From contig JBHIFL010000029.1 in assembly GCA_046761065.1 (NCBI GenBank), positions 1-47,461 of the forward strand: DNA of 47,461 nt. Reading direction: 5' to 3'. The notes below the pieces were generated by a model. That model did not search any database and was not told the origin of the DNA. It saw only the letters and a list, made by a program, of their open reading frames with translations. A program made the position numbers and the translations under genes. This document shows, piece after piece, positions 1 through 9,769 of the stretch. The stretch's first letter is position 1. Every line of letters starts with the position of its first letter. This stretch comes from Candidatus Heimdallarchaeota archaeon (lineage in GTDB: Archaea > Asgardarchaeota > Wukongarchaeia > Wukongarchaeales > JBHIFL01).

Positions 1-55
1 AACCGTTCTTGTTCGAGGCGTTCTTTTTCCAACCGTTCTTGTTCGAGGCGTTCTT
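1..55. repeat. 30-nt-period tandem repeat encoding ERLEQERLEK on the minus strand
   Basis: aaccgttcttgttcgaggcgttctt is identical at 1-25 and 31-55; translation KKLEEERLEQERLEKERLEQER. Confidence 0.9.
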
Positions 56-1367
56 CCTCTAGTTTTTTTATTCGCTCGGCCCATTCTTTGTATAGTTGTG
101 CAACCTGATCTTCCGTAAGCGTTTTATGATCAGTTAATAACCAACGGACTTTAATGGGGTTGATGGCTGTTTCCAAGTCGGGTGAAATGAACATGAAGTT
201 GCCGGCCTTCATTCTCGGGAGTTTTTTAACAACCTGAGCTGATATAGTCTCCCCTGCAGTTCCGTCAAGAACTCGTGCCACAACTTTTCGAGATTGCGGA
301 GAGGTAATTCGTCCCAAGGATAAGGTGTTAAACTGTTCAAACGCCTTATAATCTACATCTTTGGGACTTTGGGTTGCTACCAAGCATTCTACTCCATATT
401 TGCGCGCTTGACGGAAAAGAAGCATGAAAGCCTCCTTTGGTCCTGGTTTTGCCATGCCAGCGGGAATGAAGGGAGCGACTTCATCACAGAAGACAATACA
501 ACGGGGTTTCTTTTGAGATGGAGCTCCTTGGCGAAGCATCCACGAGTAGAGTTGACTTAAAACGAGAGAAAGGAAAAATAATTTTTCTTCTTCGGTGATC
601 AATGTTGGCATGAATAGGACATTTATGGGTGTTTTACCATTAATTGGTTTAAGAAGTTGAGAGAAATCCATAATATCTTTTGTTTGCCCTTCAAATAAGA
701 GCTTCGAAGTTCCGATTGTTAGGGATCTTAAAGTTTGGGCCAATTTTTCTCGCTGCGTAGTTTTCATATATTCCTCCAAATTCAAGCCCATAGATTCTTC
801 GGCGTCTAACACCAGTTTTGCGAGTTGTGAAAAATCATCTATCGTTTGCTTCTCCCTCCACGCCTTTTCCATGATTTGATAAAGGACTGAGCGAGCTGCA
901 CTTTCATACGATCTTGAAAGTCCAGCTTTTTTAATCAGAACTCTTGTGAGGGTTTGACAAGCACTATCTAAAAGCCTTATTGCGTCAACTTCATCCGCTC
1001 GAAAGTCGGGAGCTACTAGAGGGTTAATCGATATAGGTAAACCTTTCTTAGAAGCTGGAGTAAAGATTTGGACTTCAACTTTATTCAAATATTCCTGCAA
1101 GTAAGATGGATCAATTCCTTTTTTCTGAAGGGTCTTCGGGTCTCCTGGAATTTTGAGGGAAGCAATATCTCCTTGGACATCAAAAGCAATTACTGGAATG
1201 CCATTCATAGCTGCTTCTTCAATAATCACCTTGGAAAGAACTGTTTTTCCACTTCCTGTGCTTCCAAATGTACCTAAATGGCGGCGAAAAAGATTGGGAT
1301 CGATTTCGAATTTCTCAGGTGTTGATTTTCCTTTCTCATCTAAACGTGATCCAAGCCAAAGTTTCAA
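1..1367 (-). CDS. HerA/DUF87/DUF853-like P-loop ATPase with E/R-rich C-terminal repeat, 3'-partial (runs off the window; absent from the ORF track)
   Basis: Manual translation from TTG at 1367 (GGTGA upstream): MKLWLGSRLDEKGKS...RRHLGTFGSTGSGKT (Walker A)...IAFDVQGD...IVFCDEVAPF (Walker B)...RQARKYGV..VATQSPKDVDYK, the HerA/FtsK-clade motifs. The middle of the ORF was not fully translated. Confidence 0.88.
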   Translation of the reverse strand, partial: MKLWLGSRLDEKGKSTPEKFEIDPNLFRRHLGTFGSTGSGKTVLSKVIIEEAAMNGIPVIAFDVQGDIASLKIPGDPKTLQKKGIDPSYLQEYLNKVEVQIFTPASKKGLPISINPLVAPDFRADEVDAIRLLDSACQTLTRVLIKKAGLSRSYESAARSVLYQIMEKAWREKQTIDDFSQLAKLVLDAEESMGLNLEEYMKTTQREKLAQTLRSLTIGTSKLLFEGQTKDIMDFSQLLKPINGKTPINVLFMPTLITEEEKLFFLSLVLSQLYSWMLRQGAPSQKKPRCIVFCDEVAPFIPAGMAKPGPKEAFMLLFRQARKYGVECLVATQSPKDVDYKAFEQFNTLSLGRITSPQSRKVVARVLDGTAGETISAQVVKKLPRMKAGNFMFISPDLETAINPIKVRWLLTDHKTLTEDQVAQLYKEWAERIKKLEEERLEQERLEKERLEQER

Positions 1368-1468
1368 TTAGATCACCAGGACCCTTTTAATTTTAGAAAA
1401 ACAGCATTAAATATTTTAGGATATGTTTGTCAAACGATTAGACATTGATAAAACGTATTTTTCAGGAG

Positions 1469-3394
1469 TTATCTCCTGACACTCCGTTTCATGAAAAAGA
1501 CCACAACCAATGCAAGTATTGATAGGGTTTCAACTGGGCTAATAAGATGGAGGAATTCAGTTACATGTTGAGTGCCTTTTATTTGTTCAGATAACTCTTC
1601 TATCAGATGCAATGCGAGATCCGCCTCTTGTACAGCCCCAACATAATCTAATTGATTATATAAAGTTTCTATACGAATAAGTGAGATATTAAGGGCTTCA
1701 AATTCCTGGAAGAGTTCATTAGATTGTCTAATTTGAGGATATACGTTGTTAATCTCTCCAAGGGTAGCGACGAGAGTTGATAGTTCGATATCAGCAATAA
1801 CTCGGCGAAAGAAATCTTTTCGGAACCCACAAAAGTAGGGGGTCGTCTGAAAATAGCCCATGGTATCCAAGCTGAAATCTCCAGCATAATCACCGGTATC
1901 ATGATCGAATGTGTGCGTCAAGCCGATGGCATGACCAATCTCATGGATAAGGACGCTGGTCAAACCCCGTTTTTTGATTCTGTCAGGACGATATAGACGT
2001 TCTCGATCCATTAAGATTAAAGACGTGGCATAACCTCCTAATCCAGTATAGTCGCGCTCCTCAAAAAAAAGGGAGGCATTATTCAAGACGAAGTTCACAC
2101 ATGTTATTGTGAAAGGATAAGTAATTATATCAAAATAGTTTGAACGGCGTTCATTGAAAAAATTGAAGAAATATGCCCCGTCTATATGTTCACCATCCTC
2201 ATCAACGAAAAGCGTCCGATTCTGAAGCTCCAATACCAAGTCGGGATGATCTGCTAATTTTTCAAACCTGATATTTACGTCCCACTTGAAAAACGGTAAG
2301 AGATCTTCGTAAACTTCTTGAATTACATCTTTATGGATGATCCAATGGAATTCTTCGAGGGATGTTGACTCAACAAACGTTAAGATCTGAATCGATACCA
2401 TTCTGTACTTGGGTAGTAAAAACACTAATTCAGATTCCATCAGATTAGGAAGGATCAGATTATTAATGAGATCAGTTAGCCATTCAGCTAGATAATCCAC
2501 CAAGGCTCGTACTCCTGAAGGTGTAGTAAGATCAGTCGCTTGTTGGAACTCATCGAGATCACTTAGTACATAAGTATGCTCATCATCGATGTTTCTTTCC
2601 CACCAGATATAAGCCCACTTTAAATACCATTGACTCGCAGTAGGATCCAAAAAATACACTCGAGAGTCACTCTGAAAACCGGGAAGGGTGTAGATCATAG
2701 GCGTATTAAGGGGGGTATCCCAAGGTAAGCGCCAATAATCTTCGAGACTTCCCGAGTCAGGATCTCTTAAAGGATTAGAATACCAATGTTCAAAGGTGTG
2801 ATTAACAGAATCAAATTCGGAGAAATTAAAAATATAAAATGTATAGCGTGGTGTAGGACGTTTTATTAAGGGATGTTCGATCAACCATGATTCGACAGCT
2901 CGTGCATTAAAGCTTCTTCCTGACTGCGGTACAAAGATGTCTCGTTCAATCCCATCGTGTAATTGGAGGCTTAAAGCGGTTTCGTTCACAGTATTTCCAA
3001 TATCGAGACCGATTTTTGAATTCGCTAAAAGGAAAGATCTAAGATTGTTGTAATAGGTCTTGTTTGCTATAGCAAAGTTGAACTGTACCGAATAGGAGAT
3101 GTTTACATATCGATCTCCGATGTATAAGGGGATTGGGAAATTAAATTGATCAAGTTCATTTTGAAGAGCGTTTAAATCGAGATAGGCGTAATAAAAGCCT
3201 ATAAAGAAAACATCAATTTCCAAGGTCTTGATTCGTTCATAATCCAGTAATCTCGGTACCCAAATTTGTCTCGCATTAGATGAAAAGACAGAAGAGGTGG
3301 AAAGAAGAAGAAAACAGGTAATTAGACTTATTGATACATGTTTATTGGAGCGCATATTCTTAATCACATTATAATTAGATCTATTTACCAACAA
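1469..3394 (-). CDS. Secreted, C-terminally anchored zinc metallopeptidase (metzincin-like)
   Basis: N-terminal hydrophobic signal, HEIGHAIGLTH zinc motif, candidate Met-turn (DTMGY), C-terminal TM helix plus KRSVRR. Alternative start ATG 3355. Confidence 0.8.
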   Translation of the reverse strand: MLVNRSNYNVIKNMRSNKHVSISLITCFLLLSTSSVFSSNARQIWVPRLLDYERIKTLEIDVFFIGFYYAYLDLNALQNELDQFNFPIPLYIGDRYVNISYSVQFNFAIANKTYYNNLRSFLLANSKIGLDIGNTVNETALSLQLHDGIERDIFVPQSGRSFNARAVESWLIEHPLIKRPTPRYTFYIFNFSEFDSVNHTFEHWYSNPLRDPDSGSLEDYWRLPWDTPLNTPMIYTLPGFQSDSRVYFLDPTASQWYLKWAYIWWERNIDDEHTYVLSDLDEFQQATDLTTPSGVRALVDYLAEWLTDLINNLILPNLMESELVFLLPKYRMVSIQILTFVESTSLEEFHWIIHKDVIQEVYEDLLPFFKWDVNIRFEKLADHPDLVLELQNRTLFVDEDGEHIDGAYFFNFFNERRSNYFDIITYPFTITCVNFVLNNASLFFEERDYTGLGGYATSLILMDRERLYRPDRIKKRGLTSVLIHEIGHAIGLTHTFDHDTGDYAGDFSLDTMGYFQTTPYFCGFRKDFFRRVIADIELSTLVATLGEINNVYPQIRQSNELFQEFEALNISLIRIETLYNQLDYVGAVQEADLALHLIEELSEQIKGTQHVTEFLHLISPVETLSILALVVVFFMKRSVRR

Positions 3395-3599
3395 AACATC
3401 ACCAATATTATAAGTGTGTTCTTTTTAAACATGTTAGTGACTTTTGACCATTTTTTAAGAAGTTAGGCAACCTTCTTCGCTTCTATCTGTAATTCTATAT
3501 TCGGTCAAGTGAATATTGTATTAAGTAAGATGGAAATGATCTATTATTCCTAGAATTTTTAAAGTATGTCATTAAAATGAATAAGAGGAATAGTGAAGT

Positions 3600-5006
3600 A
3601 TGGCTGAAAGGACAATTCTTGAAGAAAGAGACTATCAAACGAAGATTTTAGAGCTTTTACATAAGAAACTTGCTGAACGAAAAAACGTGATTGTTGAATT
3701 GGATTGCGGGCTTGGAAAGCGAGTTTTAACCTACTTTCTCGTTCAACGCGAATTTCCTCAGTTCAGGTTTCTCATCCTACTCCATTCTTCAAGCTCGTTG
3801 TTTGAGACCCTACAATATCTTCAAGAAAGTTATGGAGGAGTGACGGGGATGGAGTGTTTGTCATCCCGAACTCCATCAGGGCTTCGCTTAAAAATCATGC
3901 AAAAGGCTAGGGTAGTATTAGCGACCCCTCAAGTGACACTTAATGTACTCAAAAAACAGAAATCCACTGAAAACTTATTTGATGCTGTGTTAATTAATGA
4001 AGTGGATAAGTTTGCCTTAAGACAAGCCCATTCCGTTTCGCTGACGTTCCCATGGAATAAACTCCTTCCTTTACTTCTTCGGATGAAGCCTTGGATTGTG
4101 GGAATGTCTGGTACTTTACGAGATCTCCATATTGCTAGGATGGGAGATGGTTATGGAGTGATTCCTGAACTGCAGACCATCATGTCTGCAATTCCAAACC
4201 CTTCTTTAATTTTAATGGACGATTTAATGGACACAGACGTCGAACAATATGTTAAAACGCTTGTGATCAAAGCGCAGGGTGTAATGGATGAATTAACACA
4301 GGCTCTTATGACTGAACTTGATATGTTAATTGAGGCGACAAAGAAGCAAATCCGTAATGAACTACTTGACACGGAACCCGATACTGTTAAGGGAAAATCT
4401 TGGGGGGAGATATTTCCATTCCTTCCTTACCTTCCAGTTTCAACCGATTTATGTGAAAGATATAACTCACTCACAATGGTCAGAAAATACATCACTGCTA
4501 TGACTCCCTGGCACTATAGAAGATATCTCTCTGAAAAACTTGGTATTAAAAAAGAGATCTCAAAATCTCTTCCTAAACAATCTCCGAAAATAAAGAAGAT
4601 ACCTGCAATAATAAAGGAATATAACGCGAACAAATCAGTAGTGCTAACTTCGTATGTTGGAACAGCAAAAGCGATAGTCAAGCACCTTAAGGCATTACAA
4701 TATGAAACATATCTTGTAACTGGTCAAGTACCTAACAAACAAATGCCCATTGAAGGGTTTAGGAATACAGAGAACCGCGCAGTACTCGTGATGTCCCCTA
4801 TCGGGGAAAGGGATCTCGATCTACCTGAAGCCGGGCTGCTAATAATGCATGATCTTATAAGGACCCCGAAAACGGTGTATCAACGCCTTAAAAGGATAAG
4901 AGGAGGACAGGTTGTTATTCTTTTTTATGAAAATACTTCTGAAGCAAAGAAAGTAGAAGATGTCACAAAAACCATTACCAAAAGATATCCTTGGCCATTA
5001 AGATAA
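3600..5006 (+). CDS. SF2 (Hef/ERCC4-helicase-like) protein with degenerate ATPase motifs
   Basis: Q motif RDYQ, motif I CGLGKR, Ib ATPQ, II INEVD, III MSGT, V GERDLDLP, VI QRLKRIR; no nuclease domain. Confidence 0.75.
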   Translation: MAERTILEERDYQTKILELLHKKLAERKNVIVELDCGLGKRVLTYFLVQREFPQFRFLILLHSSSSLFETLQYLQESYGGVTGMECLSSRTPSGLRLKIMQKARVVLATPQVTLNVLKKQKSTENLFDAVLINEVDKFALRQAHSVSLTFPWNKLLPLLLRMKPWIVGMSGTLRDLHIARMGDGYGVIPELQTIMSAIPNPSLILMDDLMDTDVEQYVKTLVIKAQGVMDELTQALMTELDMLIEATKKQIRNELLDTEPDTVKGKSWGEIFPFLPYLPVSTDLCERYNSLTMVRKYITAMTPWHYRRYLSEKLGIKKEISKSLPKQSPKIKKIPAIIKEYNANKSVVLTSYVGTAKAIVKHLKALQYETYLVTGQVPNKQMPIEGFRNTENRAVLVMSPIGERDLDLPEAGLLIMHDLIRTPKTVYQRLKRIRGGQVVILFYENTSEAKKVEDVTKTITKRYPWPLR

Positions 5007-5025
5007 GATAATAATCTGGCCGGTG

Positions 5026-5403
5026 TTAGGAAAATTGAATGCAATCCATGCATCCTAAAACATATGCGATAAAAAATATGATCATACTAAATAAAATAAC
5101 AGTCACCCAAATCTTTCGATTTTGAAAATAACTTTCAGATAAATAGATGATTAAGAAATAACACACTGCGAAGAAGAAGTCCAATGGGACCCAAGGCGAA
5201 AGAACCAGCTTAAACATGTCAGACCCGTCATACCACAGACCTGTTTCAATCCCACTAAAAGAAGCAAGCATATACAAAATACTTAGAATGAAAAATTTCT
5301 CTCCCTCTTTCTTTTTCTCAATGGTAAGAGAATGATACAGCAAAATAGCTGAAAAGATTGCTGAGACAATTGCAAACGTATAACTCGCATCGGCTATGGT
5401 CAT
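5026..5403 (-). CDS. Small membrane protein, about 4 TM helices
   Basis: Hydrophobic 125 aa; start overlaps the acdA stop (TAATG). Confidence 0.75.
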   Translation of the reverse strand: MTIADASYTFAIVSAIFSAILLYHSLTIEKKKEGEKFFILSILYMLASFSGIETGLWYDGSDMFKLVLSPWVPLDFFFAVCYFLIIYLSESYFQNRKIWVTVILFSMIIFFIAYVLGCMDCIQFS

Positions 5404-6926
5404 TATCTATAAGTCTCCTGACTTTTGTATGAGACAGACTGATTGAATCTTTTTTGCTTATCCAAGTACTTTCTATACTTAACTAATTTTGCAAAACATC
5501 GTGCTGCACTTTCAGGATTAGAAAAAGGGAGGTGACCTCGTTCTGCTAAGACTTTTGTAGCTTTTGAGAGAAATGGAAGAATTGAAACTACAAAGACTGG
5601 TTTCTGAAAAAATTCTTCCGCTTTTAAAATAGCCTTTCCCACATGGGTTTCCATGTCTGCGAACACCGTGACGCGCTGGATATCCTCTTCCGAAACATAT
5701 GGTGATTGTGTCAAATATTTAGGGTAAAAACTATAACCACCTAGTCCGAGCAGAAGCACGCCATCTATATAGGTTTGTTCAAGTAATAATCTCAAAAGTT
5801 TCTCAAATGCTGAAGGATCAAATAGCGCGACCGTGTCAATGGGATTGTTCTTGGGCCAATAGGGTGGTAAAATTTCATTAATTTTCTTAATTAAATTTTC
5901 ATGGAGGGGTGGCACGTTCAACCCTTCAAGTTGACAAGCATCTGAAGCAAGTACCGCCCATCCACCGCCAACTGAGATGATCCCAACATTTTTGCCTTGA
6001 GGGAGGGGTTTAAAGGCAACATTAACCCCCAATTCGAATAATTCGTCAATTGAGGCGGCTTGAGTGAGTCCTATCTGATTAAATACCGCTTCATAGATGG
6101 AACGTTCTCCCGCAAGGGAGCCAGTATGACTCTGCGCGGCTCTTGCCCCAGCTGGAGTCTTTCCCCCCTTGAGAACAATCACAGGTTTCACTTTCGAGAC
6201 ATTTTGTGCGACTTTGATGAATTGTTCCCCATTTCTAACACTTTCAAGATAGACTACAATGGATTTCGTGCCATTATCTTCAGCAAAATATTGAAGAAAG
6301 TCTTCAACACGGAGATCGGCCTCATTCCCACTGCTCACATAAAATCGAAAACCTACGCCTGTAACTATGCCTTGACGTAAAAGGATTGTTCCAATATTTC
6401 CCGATTGGGAGATGCACGAAATAGGACCAGGGATTGGAACAATCCAAGACATCAGGGCATTTAGGTTTGCCGGGGCACTGAAGATGCCCATTCCGTTTGG
6501 CCCGACAATCCGTATATTACCCTTACGAGCAATTCGAACAAGTTCATGTTCTTCTTTCTTATATCCCGCTTCGGAAAATCCCGATGAGATGACGACAACT
6601 CCTCGGACCCCTTTATCTGCTAAGTCTTCCATCACTAGAGGGACTATCGAAGCCCTTACAGCTATGATTCCTAAATCGATTTCTTCAGGAATGTCCGTGA
6701 CCCTTGAAAACGTCTTTCTGCCAAGGATTTGTTGTGTATTTGGATTGACTGCGTAAAGGTTTCTTTTTTCTGTAAACCCTCCAAGTAAAATATTGTGAAA
6801 GATGGAAAAACCCCATGAAGTAAGTTTTTTGGAGGCACCGATGACAGCTACTGATTTTGGCTGGAATATTGCGTCGAGAGCTTCCTTCGAATAATTTATC
6901 ATGTGAAGAGCCTCTTTAATTCGCAT
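5403..6926 (-). CDS. acdA: Acyl/acetate-CoA ligase (ADP-forming) alpha subunit
   Basis: PKSVAVIGAS CoA-binding domain, GPNGMG, SQSG, phospho-His motif SHTGSLAG, NPID; no ATP-grasp domain. Confidence 0.88.
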   Translation of the reverse strand: MRIKEALHMINYSKEALDAIFQPKSVAVIGASKKLTSWGFSIFHNILLGGFTEKRNLYAVNPNTQQILGRKTFSRVTDIPEEIDLGIIAVRASIVPLVMEDLADKGVRGVVVISSGFSEAGYKKEEHELVRIARKGNIRIVGPNGMGIFSAPANLNALMSWIVPIPGPISCISQSGNIGTILLRQGIVTGVGFRFYVSSGNEADLRVEDFLQYFAEDNGTKSIVVYLESVRNGEQFIKVAQNVSKVKPVIVLKGGKTPAGARAAQSHTGSLAGERSIYEAVFNQIGLTQAASIDELFELGVNVAFKPLPQGKNVGIISVGGGWAVLASDACQLEGLNVPPLHENLIKKINEILPPYWPKNNPIDTVALFDPSAFEKLLRLLLEQTYIDGVLLLGLGGYSFYPKYLTQSPYVSEEDIQRVTVFADMETHVGKAILKAEEFFQKPVFVVSILPFLSKATKVLAERGHLPFSNPESAARCFAKLVKYRKYLDKQKRFNQSVSYKSQETYR

Positions 6927-7220
6927 AGGATATTAAATTAACGCTCATAATTAATAATATAAAGAGATAGATATCAGAAAATCATGGTTATTTCTTCTAG
7001 TAGTGTTTCACTTATGAAAGTTCTTTATTTTTTTTAGGAAACCTTTCAGACAAAGGTGCCTCTCCTCTTGGTTAGGATTCTATGACATGGAAGCTAAGGA
7101 GCATGAATGAAAAGTATTAAGAAATGTTTATTATCTTGCAAGTAAAAAACAGTAAGTTACTACATATAACGAATAATGTCACGAAATTGCCAAAACCTCA
7201 TACAAAATAGGGGTCTACAA

Positions 7221-7367
7221 ATGTTTTTCAGATGTACAAATAATTACTGTGGTTCAAAGTATCAAGCCAACGCACCTTTAGATACATGTCCAAAATGTCG
7301 CAGTCCCGTTGCTGCTGGAATAGATTTTCTCGATATGCTCAACCACACTTATGAAACTATCGAATAA
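7221..7367 (+). CDS. Small zinc-ribbon protein (48 aa)
   Basis: CTNNYC...CPKC cysteine pairs; AGGGG upstream of ATG 7221 (track start 7176). Confidence 0.6.
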   Translation: MFFRCTNNYCGSKYQANAPLDTCPKCRSPVAAGIDFLDMLNHTYETIE

Positions 7368-7556
7368 TAAACAACTACCAAATATATTACAGCAGCTGAT
7401 TTCTCCTGATAAGGCAATTTCGAAATAAAGCTATGAAACTAATATCTTTTCAGGATCTTCCTCAGTATTAGATTTTAATTTTATTAATTACAATCATTGA
7501 ACTATTTCAACCTTTATCTTACATGTGATTAATACTTGTAAAGTTCTCACTAATCT

Positions 7557-8657
7557 TTATTCTCGGGGGAATGGAAAAATATGGCCCTTTCTTGGACTAA
7601 ATAGAAGAGTGACTTGGTCGCCCTCTTTGAGGAGTTGTTTTCGTGTTGGTAATGCTTTGGAGACGATTTTTGTGCCACCAACATCTATTCTGTATTTGAT
7701 GAATCTTCCTAGTATTTGTGAAGCTTCCAAGGTGCCAACCAAGGAATTGGTGCCACTTTTCATCCCCTTTCGTGTTCGAAGTGCTTCAGTTTTAACAACA
7801 AGGATCACTTTATCGCCTTTTTTAAATTGACATGGTTCTTTCCCCTTAGTATCCATTCGAATAGTTAAGATGGTGTCTTGAAACTCTAACTTCATTAACT
7901 CGGGTTCAACCGCTTGCACCTGACATTCTAGATTATTGGCCTCCCCCAAAAAGTTGGCAACAAAAATGGAATTGGGATGATCATAAACCTCCCGGGGTTT
8001 CCCTTCTTGGACAATATTCCCCTTCTGAAAGATTGCAATCCGGTCTGCAATTAACATAGCCTCTTCAAAGTTGTGGGTAGCATGAAGTGCAGTTAACTCC
8101 AGATCTTTGATGAGTTGGCGGAGATCATAGCGTAATTGTTGCCCTATCTTGGCATCAAGCGCACCCAATGGTTCATCGAGACACAAGGCCTTCGAACCTG
8201 CAACCAGAGTGCGAGCGATCGCCAAGCGCTGTTTCATTCCGCCACTCAATTCATTCGGGAATGCGTCCTCGCGGCCTGTTAAGAGTACCATGTCGATAGC
8301 TTCTTTTGCGAGTTCTGCAGCTTCAGTAAGTGTGTGACCTCGCACCCAAGGGCCATATGATGCATTTCTTAGGAGTGATAAGTGCGGGAACAATGCAAAT
8401 TGTTCAAATACAAAGCCAACGTTGCGATCTTCTGGAGGCAATTCTGTAACATCTTCATTATCAAAGTAGATAGAACCGGTATCAGGTTTTACGAGTCCTG
8501 CAATCATTTTTAGTACAGTAGATTTCCCAGAGCCTGTTGGACCGAGAAAAACAACGTATTCACCATGGTCAACATGTAAAGACACGTTATCAACTGCTAA
8601 GATTGAATGGAATTTTTTTGAAATGTTTCGCAGTTGGATTTGTGTCATTTCTATCAC
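7557..8657 (-). CDS. ABC transporter ATP-binding protein (PotA/CysA/MalK-like, C-terminal TOBE)
   Basis: GPTGSGKS, LSGGMKQR, LCLDEP, H-loop ATHN. Confidence 0.93.
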   Translation of the reverse strand: MIEMTQIQLRNISKKFHSILAVDNVSLHVDHGEYVVFLGPTGSGKSTVLKMIAGLVKPDTGSIYFDNEDVTELPPEDRNVGFVFEQFALFPHLSLLRNASYGPWVRGHTLTEAAELAKEAIDMVLLTGREDAFPNELSGGMKQRLAIARTLVAGSKALCLDEPLGALDAKIGQQLRYDLRQLIKDLELTALHATHNFEEAMLIADRIAIFQKGNIVQEGKPREVYDHPNSIFVANFLGEANNLECQVQAVEPELMKLEFQDTILTIRMDTKGKEPCQFKKGDKVILVVKTEALRTRKGMKSGTNSLVGTLEASQILGRFIKYRIDVGGTKIVSKALPTRKQLLKEGDQVTLLFSPRKGHIFPFPRE

Positions 8658-9763
8658 TATATTGGGGCTATTGCATCCAAAAGGCCTTCAGGCGGATAAT
8701 CATAAAGAATAGTATCTTCAGGATTAAAGAGAATAGAAACCGCATCGCCGGGATTACTTTTCCGTGCTAACTTATGATTGGGAGATAATCGTAGTTCCAG
8801 CTGTTCCAAGTTATCTAGGGTCACCCTGACACGGTACGAGTCGCCTATATATCGGGCAGAAGTTACCGAACCAGGTAATATGTCAATTCGCTCTCTTTCA
8901 CGCTTTTTCATCTGTAAAAATTCTCTTCGAACAGCAACAACAACCCGTTGACCGATATCTAGATTCGTTGGTCTAGTCCTTACTTGATACCCCCACCGTA
9001 ACTCTACTAAGGCGAAGTTGGGTGTCTTGTTTATTATCACTCCCTCAAAAAAGTCCGATTCTCCAATAAAGTTGGAGACGAAGATCTCTTTGGGGTTAAA
9101 AATCAAATTTTGTGGCGTATCAATTTGGATCAATCGACCCCGCCGCATCACCGCAACTCGATCCGAAATCGCCATCCCTTCCTCCTGATCATGCGTCACA
9201 TGGATTGCCGTCACTCCTAAATTCTTAACAAGGCGTCTAAGCTCCTCTCTGAACTCAACTCGGGTTTTTTCATCTAAATGGCCCAATGGCTCATCGAAGA
9301 GGAAAAGTTCTGCTCCAACGGCAAGAGCTCGGGCGATAGCAACCTTCTGCATATCAGGAGCAGACAATTCCTGGGGTCTTGCATCATGCCGATCCGTCAG
9401 ATAAACTTTCTTGAGAGCATCCCACGTTCTATCTTCAATCTTACGCCACTCAATCCCACGGATCCGTAATCCATAACTGACGTTTTCCCAAACGTCCATA
9501 TGAGGAAATACCGTGAATTGCTGAAATACGTAGCCTATGTTTCGTTTATCGGGAGGAAGGTTACTTACATCTCTTTGATCAAAATAAATTGTTCCGGATG
9601 TGGGTTGAATTAACCCTGAGATCATTCTGAGTAAAGTGGTTTTACCACATCCGGATGGACCGAGAATCGATATGTATTCACCACTTTGGATATGAAGCGT
9701 GACATCATCAACTGCCAAGGTGTCACCAAACCATTTTGTCACATTTTCGCAGAAAATCTCCAT
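8657..9763 (-). CDS. ABC transporter ATP-binding protein with degenerate signature motif
   Basis: GPSGCGKT, signature LSAPDMQ instead of LSGGQ, FLFDEP, VTHDQEE. Confidence 0.92.
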   Translation of the reverse strand: MEIFCENVTKWFGDTLAVDDVTLHIQSGEYISILGPSGCGKTTLLRMISGLIQPTSGTIYFDQRDVSNLPPDKRNIGYVFQQFTVFPHMDVWENVSYGLRIRGIEWRKIEDRTWDALKKVYLTDRHDARPQELSAPDMQKVAIARALAVGAELFLFDEPLGHLDEKTRVEFREELRRLVKNLGVTAIHVTHDQEEGMAISDRVAVMRRGRLIQIDTPQNLIFNPKEIFVSNFIGESDFFEGVIINKTPNFALVELRWGYQVRTRPTNLDIGQRVVVAVRREFLQMKKRERERIDILPGSVTSARYIGDSYRVRVTLDNLEQLELRLSPNHKLARKSNPGDAVSILFNPEDTILYDYPPEGLLDAIAPI

Positions 9764-9769
9764 CTAAAA

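Noticed and set aside
369-1371. Three short plus-strand ORFs in the track
   Set aside because: They are antisense shadows of the minus-strand HerA-like gene. The same applies to the many short ORFs nested in long genes across the window.
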